In this document: in pieces, positions 1-10,180 of the stretch | Layout of the letters: every line of letters starts with the position of its first letter | Numbering within the stretch: the first letter of the stretch is position 1 | Virus record (IMG/VR): IMGVR_UViG_3300046167_000554 | Span: 1-64,000 of that record | Length of the DNA: 64,000 bases | Reading direction: 5' to 3' (one strand) | Source of the DNA: a virus | Translations under genes and position numbers: made by a program | The notes under the pieces: generated by a model | What the model saw: the letters and a program-made list of their open reading frames with translations, nothing else | Told to the model about the DNA's origin: nothing | The model's database searches: none

Positions 1-7
1 AAGTATA

Positions 8-688
8 ATGTGTGCAATATTTGGAAGTAGTGATAAAGACAAGTTTTTAGAACTTGCAAAATTGAATGAATACAGAGGTTCAACTGCTTGGTCTTGTACT
101 ATTTTAACTGCATGTAAATTTAAACACTATTATGAAGGTATAAATCTTGTCTCATCAGAATCAGTTGAGAAGAACCATCTCACTACTGATATGTTAATAG
201 ACTTGTCATCTACTATTAATGAATACGAGTCAGTAACTAAAAATGATAGTGGAGAGGTCACTTACTACCTTGGTCATACTCAAACACCAACAACACAAAG
301 TTTAGAACATCATCCATCTGTTTATGGTGAAGATTATCTTTGGCACAATGGTATCATTAAAGAAAACCAAAGAGAGGTTTGGAAAAAACAATATGGTGAA
401 GTAGAATGGGATACAGCTTTACTTCATAGACATATGATACTTAATGGAAGTCTATCTGATGTAGATGGGACATTCTCATGTGTAAGATACAGAGACAAAA
501 AATTAAAAGTTTTCAGAAATGAAATAAGTCCATTGTTCTTTGATAAAGAACTGAACATAAGTTCAGTAGAATTTGAAGATGCAATGGAAACGGAGAGTGG
601 TTTTGTTTATGAATTGGATATACAATCTAAAGAATTAGAAAAACAAAATCATTTTAAAACTAAAGAAAACCCATACTACTTTGGGTAG
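8..688 (+). CDS. Class II (Ntn) glutamine amidotransferase, GAT-QueC-type GAT module
   Basis: N-terminal catalytic Cys (MCAIFG), RG, GHTQTPT, LWHNGII and DT motifs; adjacent to folE and dpdA. Confidence 0.8.
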   Translation: MCAIFGSSDKDKFLELAKLNEYRGSTAWSCTILTACKFKHYYEGINLVSSESVEKNHLTTDMLIDLSSTINEYESVTKNDSGEVTYYLGHTQTPTTQSLEHHPSVYGEDYLWHNGIIKENQREVWKKQYGEVEWDTALLHRHMILNGSLSDVDGTFSCVRYRDKKLKVFRNEISPLFFDKELNISSVEFEDAMETESGFVYELDIQSKELEKQNHFKTKENPYYFG

Positions 689-724
689 CGTGACAAAACC
701 ACGTTTATAAAAAATGGAGATATC

Positions 725-1384
725 ATGAAATATGATGCAGAGTTAGGAAATAAAGTAAAGGAACATCTAGAAAGTCTAGGTGTAGAAACACCAATGAATG
801 GTGGAAGAAGTGATAATGTGGATGAAATGGCAAGTGCTTTTCATACCATTATGGAAAGAATAGGTTGTGATATGCATGACGACAGTATGAAGGATAGTCC
901 TCATAGAGTTGCATCAATGTATATCGATGAGTTATTTGTAGGGATGGATTATAACAAGTTCCCTAAATGTACTACATTTGAAAACAAATATAATTTTGAT
1001 TCAATGGTAGTTCAAAAAAATATCATTGTTAAGTCAGTATGTGAACATCATTTTCAAACCATTTATGGTAAGTGTCATATTGCATACATCCCAAATCCCG
1101 AAACTGGATATGTTGTTGGGTTATCAAAACTAAATCGTATTGCAAACTTTTTTAGTCGTAGACCACAAGTACAGGAAAGGTTATCAGAACAGATTTTCAG
1201 AGCGTTACAATTTATTTTGGGAACAGAAGATGTTGCAGTGTTTATGGATGCAGACCATTTTTGTGTTAAAGCAAGAGGTGTAGAAGATGTAAACTCATCA
1301 ATGACGACATCTAGATTAGGTGGTGCATTCTTTGATGATGAAAGAACTCGTAATGAATTCATTGCAATTATAACATCATGTTAA
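725..1384 (+). CDS. folE: GTP cyclohydrolase I
   Basis: SVCEHH, GLSKLNRI, RRPQVQERL, HFCVKARGV motifs. Confidence 0.96.
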   Translation: MKYDAELGNKVKEHLESLGVETPMNGGRSDNVDEMASAFHTIMERIGCDMHDDSMKDSPHRVASMYIDELFVGMDYNKFPKCTTFENKYNFDSMVVQKNIIVKSVCEHHFQTIYGKCHIAYIPNPETGYVVGLSKLNRIANFFSRRPQVQERLSEQIFRALQFILGTEDVAVFMDADHFCVKARGVEDVNSSMTTSRLGGAFFDDERTRNEFIAIITSC

Positions 1385-1626
1385 CACTACCCGACATAAT
1401 AGGTTATATTGGAGTAATAATATTGTTAGGAACTTATGCAGCCTTACAGTTAGATAAGATAGACCCTAAAGGTTTTTGGTATAGTTTTAATAATATGATT
1501 GTTGCTATACTTATAACAGTAAGTCTAGTATATAAGATGAATCCTGCTAGTCAAGTTATAGAAGTGTTTTGGTTTTTTATAAGTGCAATTGGACTTTGGA
1601 AATGGTATAGTAAGAAACATGATTAA
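1378..1626 (+). CDS. Small 3-TM membrane protein (CBU_0592-like)
   Basis: Three hydrophobic segments; overlaps both neighbouring genes. Confidence 0.65.
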   Translation: MLTLPDIIGYIGVIILLGTYAALQLDKIDPKGFWYSFNNMIVAILITVSLVYKMNPASQVIEVFWFFISAIGLWKWYSKKHD

Positions 1627-2965
1627 TTTTGAATATGTAATCTCGGGAATGACCATGGGTATGTCAGACATGTACAATAAAGTAGAAGTCTTAGAACCAT
1701 ATGCAGATACATTCAATGAAAAGGTTACACATATAGATAACAAGTATTCTAATCAAAATGTATCTATGTTGTTCAATTCATATTGTGAACCTAAACATGG
1801 TGAGACAATTAGAGAACTAATGCCTTCTTGGCATCATCACTTTTCAGATAGTGGTGGACTACAAATATCAAGAAGTAAGAAAGGACTAACACCCGAAATT
1901 AGAGATAAGATTTACACTCACCAAGCTACCTATTCAGATGTTGCAATGATATTCGATGATATTCCTGTAGAATTTGATGGGTCAAATACTGGTTGGTCAA
2001 TGAAGACTTCTACAGCAGGTAGAAGATTTGTTAGAGAACTAACAGGCGAGAAAGCAAGGTCAACACTTGGAAATGTTAAAAGACAAATAGAAATCTTTAA
2101 TAAGTTAGAGAGTGACACTAAGATAACACTTATCGTTCAAGGACAAGATGTAGACTCTTACAGAGAATACATTGAGACCATTGTTAATGGATTAACCGAT
2201 GAAGAACTAAAAAGTTGTGTGTCAATATCTCTTGCATCTGCATGTTCGGGTTCAGGCTTCAACAATAGAATGGAAATGATTTATGCATGTAAAGAGTTTC
2301 AGATACCAATGGAACTTAAAAGTAATGTTCATTTATTAGGTGTTGGTTCACATGATATGATGACACCATTTTTTGTTTCACCCGAGTATTTTGACTTTGT
2401 TAAAACACTTTCATACGACTCATCCACACAAGCAAACTCATGGTTCTTTTCAAGATATAGAAATAAAGATTGGAAGAATATAGAGATTGATAGTCCAGCA
2501 GGTGATTACAGACAAAGAAGAAACGACTCTCCAAATACAGAGAGAGTAACATCAAGCACGGGTAAAACACTAGAACAAATGTATACCGAACAACTTGTCC
2601 CATCATATGGAGAACTCTTTGAATTAAATAAAGATGCATTTACTAAATTCGGAATTCCTAACCTTAAACATCTTATTGAAGAGTCAACCAAATGGTCTAC
2701 AAAAAATGTCGAAAAGGCAAGACTATATAATAGTGATGAAGGAAAACATGGTGCTAAACTATTACCTTTCTTTAATCAAATGCAAGTAGTAGAACACTTT
2801 ATGGATAGAGTTCAGAAACTAACAGATAATCCAAGTCAGATAAAGGACAGGGGATTATCTCAAGTTAAAGATTGGGATATGTTTATTAATGGTTGGTTAC
2901 CTTATCAAGGAACTATGGATAAGTTACCAACAGAATTTGCTGGGAGTTTAAGTGAGTTTTTCTAA
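1619..2965 (+). CDS. dpdA: DpdA / TGT-like 7-deazaguanine DNA transglycosylase
   Basis: SDSGGLQI, FDDIP, IVQG, HLLGVG, SYDSST motifs of the TGT fold; no C-terminal Zn site; folE context. Start moved to ATG 1619. Confidence 0.82.
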   Translation: MINFEYVISGMTMGMSDMYNKVEVLEPYADTFNEKVTHIDNKYSNQNVSMLFNSYCEPKHGETIRELMPSWHHHFSDSGGLQISRSKKGLTPEIRDKIYTHQATYSDVAMIFDDIPVEFDGSNTGWSMKTSTAGRRFVRELTGEKARSTLGNVKRQIEIFNKLESDTKITLIVQGQDVDSYREYIETIVNGLTDEELKSCVSISLASACSGSGFNNRMEMIYACKEFQIPMELKSNVHLLGVGSHDMMTPFFVSPEYFDFVKTLSYDSSTQANSWFFSRYRNKDWKNIEIDSPAGDYRQRRNDSPNTERVTSSTGKTLEQMYTEQLVPSYGELFELNKDAFTKFGIPNLKHLIEESTKWSTKNVEKARLYNSDEGKHGAKLLPFFNQMQVVEHFMDRVQKLTDNPSQIKDRGLSQVKDWDMFINGWLPYQGTMDKLPTEFAGSLSEFF

Positions 2966-3284
2966 TACACCTTTATTTGATGCAAAATACTACAGAGTTG
3001 TAGAGAATCCTAATGAAGAGGGAGCTGCAATTGAACTTACAGATGGTGACTGGGAAGGTCTTGTTTATCAATATGGTAAGGTGCAATTTGAAGAAGGGAA
3101 ACCCAATATTAACTTTGAAAGAACTATAAGAAGATTACCAATTGGGGTAGAAAACACCGAAGATGCAATTGAAGAACTCCTAAATAATGGTGTACTAAAT
3201 AAAGTCATGGGTGATATTTTACTAGAACTCATTGACGAACAAATCAAACGAGAGGAAAAAAACAATGGCAAGACAATATCATAG
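2952..3284 (+). CDS. Hypothetical protein
   Basis: ORF overlapping the dpdA stop; typical codon usage. Confidence 0.7.
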   Translation: MSFSNTPLFDAKYYRVVENPNEEGAAIELTDGDWEGLVYQYGKVQFEEGKPNINFERTIRRLPIGVENTEDAIEELLNNGVLNKVMGDILLELIDEQIKREEKNNGKTIS

Positions 3285-3435
3285 GTTTACAAAGGACAGT
3301 GATGCAGTAGCCCACGACCAAGAAGCACATATTTTTAATTGTGAAGAAGGTGAATTGGAAGCACTTAAAACTGCAAATGGTGGTTTTACATGGGTAGAAC
3401 TAGTTGCAGATGAAGACGTACCCGACCCTGCTTAA
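3265..3435 (+). CDS. Hypothetical protein
   Basis: ATG after GAGG; small ORF in operon. Confidence 0.55.
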   Translation: MARQYHRFTKDSDAVAHDQEAHIFNCEEGELEALKTANGGFTWVELVADEDVPDPA

Positions 3436-3450
3436 TTAAAGGAATAGATT

Positions 3451-3912
3451 ATGAACAAGAGAAATTCTAAAAGAACAAATTAAACGTCACGAAGGTGAAG
3501 TACTAGAAGTCTATGCAGATTCACTAGGATACTTAACACTAGGTGTCGGACATCTTATCAAAGAAGGTGATAGTGAACACGGACAACCTGCTGGAACACC
3601 AGTAAGTCAATCTACTGTTGATGCATATTACGAATCAGATTTTGATAAACACGTAGATGAAAACTATTCATGTGTTTGAATCAAAGGGTGGAAAGGATTT
3701 CTATTCTTTACCCGAAGACATTCAACATGTACTAGTCAACATGACATTCAACTTAGGTGGAAGTCGTTTTGGTAAGTTTAACAACATGTGGAAAGGTGTT
3801 GTATCTGAAGACTGGGAAAAGGTTGCAGTAGAAATGGAAGACTCTCGTTGGTTTTAAACAAGTCGGAAGACGAAGTGTTGAACTACAGGAAATGGTGCGT
3901 TCTTGTGTTTGA
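3451..3912 (+). CDS. Phage lysozyme (GH24, T4 e-like), broken by about 3 apparent indels
   Basis: Across frames reads EILKEQIKRHEGEVLEVYADSLGYLTLGVGHL...VNMTFNLG...FNNMW...EMEDSRWFKQVGRRS; catalytic E-x8-D-x5-T present. Confidence 0.85.
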
Positions 3913-4222
3913 GGCCCAATTTTTGACATCTAATAACGATAAATCAGTCAAGTGTTTAAGACTTGAAAATGGAGATACCATCATAGGATTTGTATCAGAA
4001 AACAAATTTTTTGGTAAAACAACATACACCATCGAAGATACACATGCATGTATAGTTCAAGTAGATGGAGGCAACATGGAAGTTGGTCTTGCACCTTGGT
4101 TACCATATGCAAAGGACTATACTTTTCAGATTAAAGGTATAAGAGTTGTAACAACTTTTGAACCAAGACCACAACTAGAAACTAACTTTAGAGTTCTTAT
4201 CGGTAAACAAAGAGGTAAGTAA
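3905..4222 (+). CDS. Hypothetical protein (Sm-like fold, common in T4-like phages); start uncertain
   Basis: CLRLENGDTIIG...LAPWLPY pattern. Confidence 0.6.
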   Translation: MFEAQFLTSNNDKSVKCLRLENGDTIIGFVSENKFFGKTTYTIEDTHACIVQVDGGNMEVGLAPWLPYAKDYTFQIKGIRVVTTFEPRPQLETNFRVLIGKQRGK

Positions 4223-4458
4223 TGGAAAACGATTTTCTGTTAAAGGCTCTTCAGAGTAAATATCAAGGTGACATGGATGTTGCCTTGGCAAACCTTAAAG
4301 TTTATCAAATGAATCCTAGTGGAATCGGAGAACATCCCGAAATCATCCAAGCTATGGATATGGAAGTGGAGAAATACTGTACTGCAAAAGAGAAGTATGA
4401 AGCAGTCAGTGAACTCTTAATTCCTTCACAAAACGACCAAAAAACACTTGTAGAATAA
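4222..4458 (+). CDS. Hypothetical protein
   Basis: NPSGIGEHPEI motif; GAGG RBS. Confidence 0.7.
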   Translation: MENDFLLKALQSKYQGDMDVALANLKVYQMNPSGIGEHPEIIQAMDMEVEKYCTAKEKYEAVSELLIPSQNDQKTLVE

Positions 4459-4476
4459 GTCATTCTGTAGTATAAT
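4448..4476 (+). promoter_or_regulatory. Sigma70-like promoter of gp43 (probably leaderless)
   Basis: TTGTAG-17-TATAAT, ATG 6 nt downstream, no SD. Confidence 0.6.
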
Positions 4477-4482
4477 AACTAC

Positions 4483-6999
4483 ATGGATTTCTATACTAAT
4501 GTCTGCAGAACACGTGACAAAATTCTAGTCACGGGTTATCAAGGAAACAAAAAACAACAACTATCGGTTGCATACCGACCAAATCATTATGTCCCATCTA
4601 AAAAGGGGGAGACTGCATACAGGTCTCTTGATGGGAGACCACTTGAGGTTGTCAATCTCAATTCAATGGGTGGTGCAAGAAAGTTCAGAGAAAGTTATCA
4701 AGGAACCAGTGGATTTGATATCCATGGGTATGACAGATACATCTACACCTATATTGCAGACAAGTGGCCAACAGAAGTTGAATGGGATTATACCAAAGTA
4801 AAAATTGCAACACTTGACATTGAGTGTGAATCAGAAAATGGATTTCCCGAACCAACCATTGCACAAGAAAAGGTCAATGCAATAACAATCAAACCATTCA
4901 GACACAATGCACATACATTTGGTATTGGTCGTTGGGATGAATGTCCTAGCAATGTTGTTTACTATGAATGTAAAGACGAGGCACACTTACTAGAAGAGTT
5001 TATCAAACACTGGAGAAAGGCATCCTATGATATCATTACTGGTTGGAATGTAGATTCGTTTGATATCACATATCTCTGTAATCGTATTGATAGATTGTTT
5101 GGAGAAGACCAACACAAAAGATTATCACCTTGGAATATGTCTGATTTTAGAGAGTTCACTTCCTATGGATATCAGAAGAATCAGAAATACACTTTGTATG
5201 GAATCAATGTTATTGATTACATGGAGTTGTATCAGAAGAGAACTTTCGTCAATCAAGAATCATATTCATTGAATCACATTTCCCATGTTGAATTGGGTAA
5301 AGCAAAACTAGATTACTCGGAACATGGTTCACTACATGGACTTTACAAGAATGATTATTCTAAGTACCTTGCATATAATGTGCAGGATGTTGTTCTCGTA
5401 GAAGACTTAGAAGAAAAACTTGGACTACTAGAATTGACTATGACGATGTCATATGATGCCAAGTGTAATTACTCTGATACTTTTGGAATGGTAAAATACT
5501 GGGAAACTATTATATACAACTTCCTTAAGAAACAAAACATCCAAACACCACCACAAAAATTAAAACAAACCAAGACACATTCTATTGTCGGTGCATATGT
5601 CAAAGAACCTATTGTAGGGAAACATGATTGGGTAATGTCATTTGACTTAAACTCACTCTATCCACATTTAATCATGCAGTTCAACATATCACCCGAGACA
5701 ATAATCAAAGGTGGTCAGAGAATGGATGTAACCATTCAGAATATGCTTGATGGTGAATCAGACTTATCCCAACTTAAGAAGTCCAACAGAACAGTTGCAC
5801 CTAATGGAGTAATGTTCAAACGTGACAAACAAGGATTCCTTCCCGAACTCATGGAAACATTTTATGATGAACGTAAGATGTGGAAGAAGAAGATGATTGA
5901 GTATCAGATTGAAAAGGAATCATGTAAAGAACCTAAACGAAAAAAAGAATTAGAGAGTCTCATCAAACGTGCATACAATAATCAACAGGTAAGAAAGATT
6001 GCACTTAACTCTGCATATGGGGCTCTTGCAAATCAATACTTTGCATTCTTTGACCCAAACCTTGCAGAAGCAATTACCATGTCGGGTCAGTTAGTTATTA
6101 AGGTTGCAGAGAAAACAATAAACAATTGGATGAACAATGTCCTTAAAACAGAAGACGAAGATTATGTAATTGCAATGGATACCGACTCAGTTTACATTAC
6201 TTTTGATAAACTAGTGTCACAAGTGTTTCCCGAAGACACCGACAAGGGTAAAATATGTGACTTCCTCAACACTATCGGACAAGACAAAGTAGAACAGGTT
6301 CTTGCAAAGGGATATGACGAACTTGCAGATTACACTAATGCATTCCAACAGAAAATGCAAATGGGTAGAGAGGTCATTGCAGACAGAGGTATTTGGACTG
6401 CAAAGAAAAGATATATCCTAAACGTATTTGACAATGAAGGTGTGAGATATGAAACACCTAAACTCAAGATGATGGGTATTGAAACTGCAAAGTCCAGTAC
6501 ACCACAATGGGTCAGAGGTAAACTTACAGATGCATTTAAAGTTGTCATGAACGGAACCGAAGAAGAATTATGGGATTTCGTAGAGACTGCACGAAAGGAT
6601 TTTAGAAACCTTCCAGTAGAAGATATGGCATCACCAAGAGGATGTAACAACTTACAGAACTACAAAGATGCATCAATGATTTACGGAAAGGGAACACCTA
6701 TCCATGTCAGAGGTGCATTACTTTACAACCACCAATTAGAGAAGAAGAACATCCATAAACGATACGAACTGATTATGAATTCTGATAAGATACGTTTTAC
6801 ATATCTTACACTTCCTAATCCAATCAACGAAAATGTTATTTCGTTTCCAAACGTCCTTCCAAAGGAACTTGACTTAAACAAGTATGTGGATTATGATATG
6901 CAATTCAACAAGTCATTCATAGAACCATTGAAAGCAGTCATTGGGTTAATTGGGTGGAATGTTGAACCAGTTGCAAGTTTAGATTCATTTTTTTCATAA
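4483..6999 (+). CDS. 43: Family B DNA polymerase (T4 gp43)
   Basis: DIECE (ExoI), GWNVDSFD, SFDLNSLYP, KIALNSAYG, DTDS, KKRY motifs. Confidence 0.98.
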   Translation: MDFYTNVCRTRDKILVTGYQGNKKQQLSVAYRPNHYVPSKKGETAYRSLDGRPLEVVNLNSMGGARKFRESYQGTSGFDIHGYDRYIYTYIADKWPTEVEWDYTKVKIATLDIECESENGFPEPTIAQEKVNAITIKPFRHNAHTFGIGRWDECPSNVVYYECKDEAHLLEEFIKHWRKASYDIITGWNVDSFDITYLCNRIDRLFGEDQHKRLSPWNMSDFREFTSYGYQKNQKYTLYGINVIDYMELYQKRTFVNQESYSLNHISHVELGKAKLDYSEHGSLHGLYKNDYSKYLAYNVQDVVLVEDLEEKLGLLELTMTMSYDAKCNYSDTFGMVKYWETIIYNFLKKQNIQTPPQKLKQTKTHSIVGAYVKEPIVGKHDWVMSFDLNSLYPHLIMQFNISPETIIKGGQRMDVTIQNMLDGESDLSQLKKSNRTVAPNGVMFKRDKQGFLPELMETFYDERKMWKKKMIEYQIEKESCKEPKRKKELESLIKRAYNNQQVRKIALNSAYGALANQYFAFFDPNLAEAITMSGQLVIKVAEKTINNWMNNVLKTEDEDYVIAMDTDSVYITFDKLVSQVFPEDTDKGKICDFLNTIGQDKVEQVLAKGYDELADYTNAFQQKMQMGREVIADRGIWTAKKRYILNVFDNEGVRYETPKLKMMGIETAKSSTPQWVRGKLTDAFKVVMNGTEEELWDFVETARKDFRNLPVEDMASPRGCNNLQNYKDASMIYGKGTPIHVRGALLYNHQLEKKNIHKRYELIMNSDKIRFTYLTLPNPINENVISFPNVLPKELDLNKYVDYDMQFNKSFIEPLKAVIGLIGWNVEPVASLDSFFS

Positions 7000-7007
7000 A
7001 TAAAACT

Positions 7008-7487
7008 ATGTCTACTAAGAACTTTAAACAAGCAGAATTCCATGTAACAATCGTTAAAATCGTGGATGGAGATACAGTGGACGTAGATATCGACCTTGGT
7101 TTCTCTACTGTTCTAAAAAAACAGAGAGTTCGCTTGATGGGTATAGACACCCCCGAGTCTAGAACAAGAGATTTAGTAGAGAAGTTATTTGGAAAGGCTG
7201 CAAAAGCACATCTTAAACATCTTCTTTCAGAAGGTGAAATTACATTAGTTTCTCATGACAAAGGTAAGTTCGGAAGAATCCTTGGAGAACTATTCGTTTC
7301 TAATGGGGATAACCCAGTATTAACAGAAGATAGAGTCTCAGTCAATCAACAAATGATTAATGACTATCATGCAGTAAAATATACTGGTGAGAACAAAGAC
7401 ACTACAGAACAGAGACATTTAGAACATCGTAACCTTCTATTGGAGAATGGAACTGTTACTCAAGAACAGGTGGACGAGGTATCATAA
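7008..7487 (+). CDS. Thermonuclease (SNase-like)
   Basis: VDGDTVD, RVRLMGIDTPE, KFGRILG. Confidence 0.9.
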   Translation: MSTKNFKQAEFHVTIVKIVDGDTVDVDIDLGFSTVLKKQRVRLMGIDTPESRTRDLVEKLFGKAAKAHLKHLLSEGEITLVSHDKGKFGRILGELFVSNGDNPVLTEDRVSVNQQMINDYHAVKYTGENKDTTEQRHLEHRNLLLENGTVTQEQVDEVS

Positions 7488-7666
7488 TGATTATCACGAT
7501 GATGGATTGCTTTTATATAATGATGATTGCAGTCATATTCGGATTCATAATTCATCTAGAAGTTCAAATTAGACTTCTAAGAGTCATGATGGAAGAACAC
7601 ACCAAAGTTTCAGGCAATATGAAAGATTGTTATGAGACAATACAAAAAATAGAAGAAAAACTCTAA
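7487..7666 (+). CDS. Small membrane-anchored hypothetical protein
   Basis: 59-aa ORF coupled by TAATG; hydrophobic N-terminus; not in ORF track. Confidence 0.5.
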   Translation: MIITMMDCFYIMMIAVIFGFIIHLEVQIRLLRVMMEEHTKVSGNMKDCYETIQKIEEKL

Positions 7667-7728
7667 AAACCCCTTGTAAATTTCACCAACCATGTGTATA
7701 ATAGATGTATACATTATGGAGAAGTGTT

Positions 7729-8781
7729 ATGTCATTTTTAAAAGATTTAGTAAAAGCATCAGGAAACGAATATGCAAATATAGTTTCTGATGGTGTTGCA
7801 GCTGGAGATGTAGATTCGTTTATTGATACGGGTTCTCATATCTTCAATGCACTATTAAGTGGTTCACTATATGGTGGACTTCCCTCAAACAAAATTACTG
7901 CAATAGCAGGTGAATCTGCAACAGGTAAAACCTTTTTTGCACTAGGTATGGTTAAACAATTCCTAGAAGACAACAAGGATGCCGCAGTAATTTACTTTGA
8001 ATCTGAATCTGCAATATCGAAAGATATGATTGAAGACAGAGGAATAGACTCATCAAGAGTTGTTATTGTTCCCGTTGTTACAGTCCAGCAGTTCAGAAAT
8101 CAAGCAATCAATATACTTGATAAGTATATGGAAACCCCAAAGGACAAACGTCCACCAATGATGTTTTGTTTAGATTCACTTGGTATGTTATCAACAACCA
8201 AAGAAATCGAAGACACTGCAGAAGGTAAAGAGACCAAAGATATGACTCGTGCTCAAATCACCAAAGGTGCATTTAGAGTATTGACGTTGAAACTAGGTCG
8301 AGCAGGTATCCCTATGATTGTTACAAATCACACATATGATGTGATTGGTTCTATGTTCCCTCAAAAAGAAATGGGTGGTGGTAGTGGACTCAAGTACGCT
8401 GCATCATCAATTATCTATCTCTCTAAGAGAAAGGAAAAGGAAGGAACGGAAATCGTTGGTAATATCATTCACTGTAAGAATGCAAAGTCAAGATTGACTG
8501 TTGAGAACAGAGTGGTTGATGTAAGGTTATCATACGACAAAGGGTTAGACAGGTACTATGGTCTATTAGACATGGCACTTGCACTAGGTGTATTTGAGAA
8601 AGCATCTACAAGAGTTAAACTTCCAAATGGTAAAACCGAATTTGGTAAGACAATTAACAACAACCCCGAAAAGTACTTCACACCCGAAGTGATGGAAAAA
8701 TTAGAACAAGTAGCACAGGAATACTTTAAATATGGAAACACGAATAGAACAGACAATTCTGAAGAATCTGATTCAGAGTGA
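7729..8781 (+). CDS. uvsX: RecA-like recombinase UvsX
   Basis: GESATGKT Walker A, YFESE, LDSLG, TNHTY, MGGGSG; GGAGA RBS before ATG 7729. Confidence 0.96.
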   Translation: MSFLKDLVKASGNEYANIVSDGVAAGDVDSFIDTGSHIFNALLSGSLYGGLPSNKITAIAGESATGKTFFALGMVKQFLEDNKDAAVIYFESESAISKDMIEDRGIDSSRVVIVPVVTVQQFRNQAINILDKYMETPKDKRPPMMFCLDSLGMLSTTKEIEDTAEGKETKDMTRAQITKGAFRVLTLKLGRAGIPMIVTNHTYDVIGSMFPQKEMGGGSGLKYAASSIIYLSKRKEKEGTEIVGNIIHCKNAKSRLTVENRVVDVRLSYDKGLDRYYGLLDMALALGVFEKASTRVKLPNGKTEFGKTINNNPEKYFTPEVMEKLEQVAQEYFKYGNTNRTDNSEESDSE

Positions 8782-10136
8782 AGAGTTTACACGGAAGGTC
8801 ATCCCGTTCATAAAGGACGAGTATTTCACCGACCAAACAGAGAGGACAGTATTTACAGAAGTAAAGGATTACTTTGACAAATACACCAAAGCACCAACAG
8901 TCGAAGCACTTCTCATAAACCTTGATAACAATACCTCGTTAAACGAGAATGTGGTAAAAGGTTCTAAGACAATAGTTGATGCAATTGGAAAATCCAATGA
9001 ACCCACTCCATCCGAATGGTTGGAAAACGAAACTGAACAATGGTGCAAAGATAGAGCAATCTATATTGCAGTCATGGATAGTATCGAGGTCATTGATAAG
9101 AAGTCTCAAAGGTCAACAGGTGAAATACCCGAACTCCTTAAGGATGCACTTTCCGTGTCCTTTGACGTGTCAATCGGACACGACCAAATCGAAGACAAGG
9201 ATGCAAGATTTGAATTCTACAATACGGAAGAAGAGAAGTTACCTTTCGATTTAGAATACTTCAATAAGATTACTAAAGGTGGATTACCCAACAAGACACT
9301 CAATATCTGTTTAGCAGGTACGGGTGTCGGTAAGTCATTATTCATGTGTCACATGGGTGCAAGTCACTTGATGATGAACAAGAATGTTCTTTACATCACA
9401 ATGGAAATGTCAGAGGAAAGGATTGCAGAGAGGATTGATGCAAACATCATGAATGTCCCAATGCAAGAGTTACCCGAAATGTCTAAGAAGATGTTTGATA
9501 AGAAGATTGATAAGATTGCAGAGAAGACTAAAGGTAGATTGATTGTTAAAGAATATCCTACTGCATCTGCACATGTCGGTCACTTCAGACATTTACTACA
9601 AGAACTTGATATTAAGAAAGATTTCACACCCGATATCATATTCATAGATTACCTAAACATATGTGCATCACATAGGATTAAGCCTGGTGCTGGTGCAAAC
9701 TCTTATACACTTGTTAAGAGTATTGCAGAGGAACTTAGAGGACTTGCAGTAGAGTTTGATGTACCAATTATGAGTGCAACTCAAACAACACGAAGTGGTT
9801 ATGGTTCTACTGATATTGAACTAACAGATACTTCAGAGTCATTTGGATTACCAGCAACTGCAGACTTAATGTTTGCATTGATTACATCTGATGAGTTAGA
9901 AGAGTTAGACCAGTTAGTTGTAAAACAATTGAAGAACCGATACAATGACCCAACTATATTCAAAAGATTTGTCATAGGAATTGACAGAGCAAGAATGAAG
10001 TTGTATGATTGTGAACAAGAAGCTTTTTTTAGCTCAAGAAGAATTGATTGAGTCTGCAGTGAATGATGATGTTCCTGTATTTGATAGAGGAAGAAATGAC
10101 GGACAGAAAAGAGATTTCAACGATTTTAAAATCTAA
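8732..10136 (+). CDS. 41: Replicative helicase gp41 (DnaB-like); C-terminus frameshifted near 10022
   Basis: [40 protein letters not shown]; the tail EAQEELIES...DFKI continues in another frame after an agcttttttt insertion. Confidence 0.95.
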
Positions 10137-10144
10137 AAAACCCC

Positions 10145-10174
10145 TTGTCAGTGAGTGTCTTTTTTATGTATAAT
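10145..10174 (+). promoter_or_regulatory. Sigma70-like promoter (probably leaderless)
   Basis: TTGTCA-18-TATAAT, ATG 6 nt downstream. Confidence 0.6.
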
Positions 10175-10180
10175 ACCAGT

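Noticed and set aside
6172-6189. Polymerase motif C AMDTDS as an adaptation to modified bases
   Set aside because: The residues before DTDS vary normally among T4-like gp43 proteins; catalytic residues are intact.
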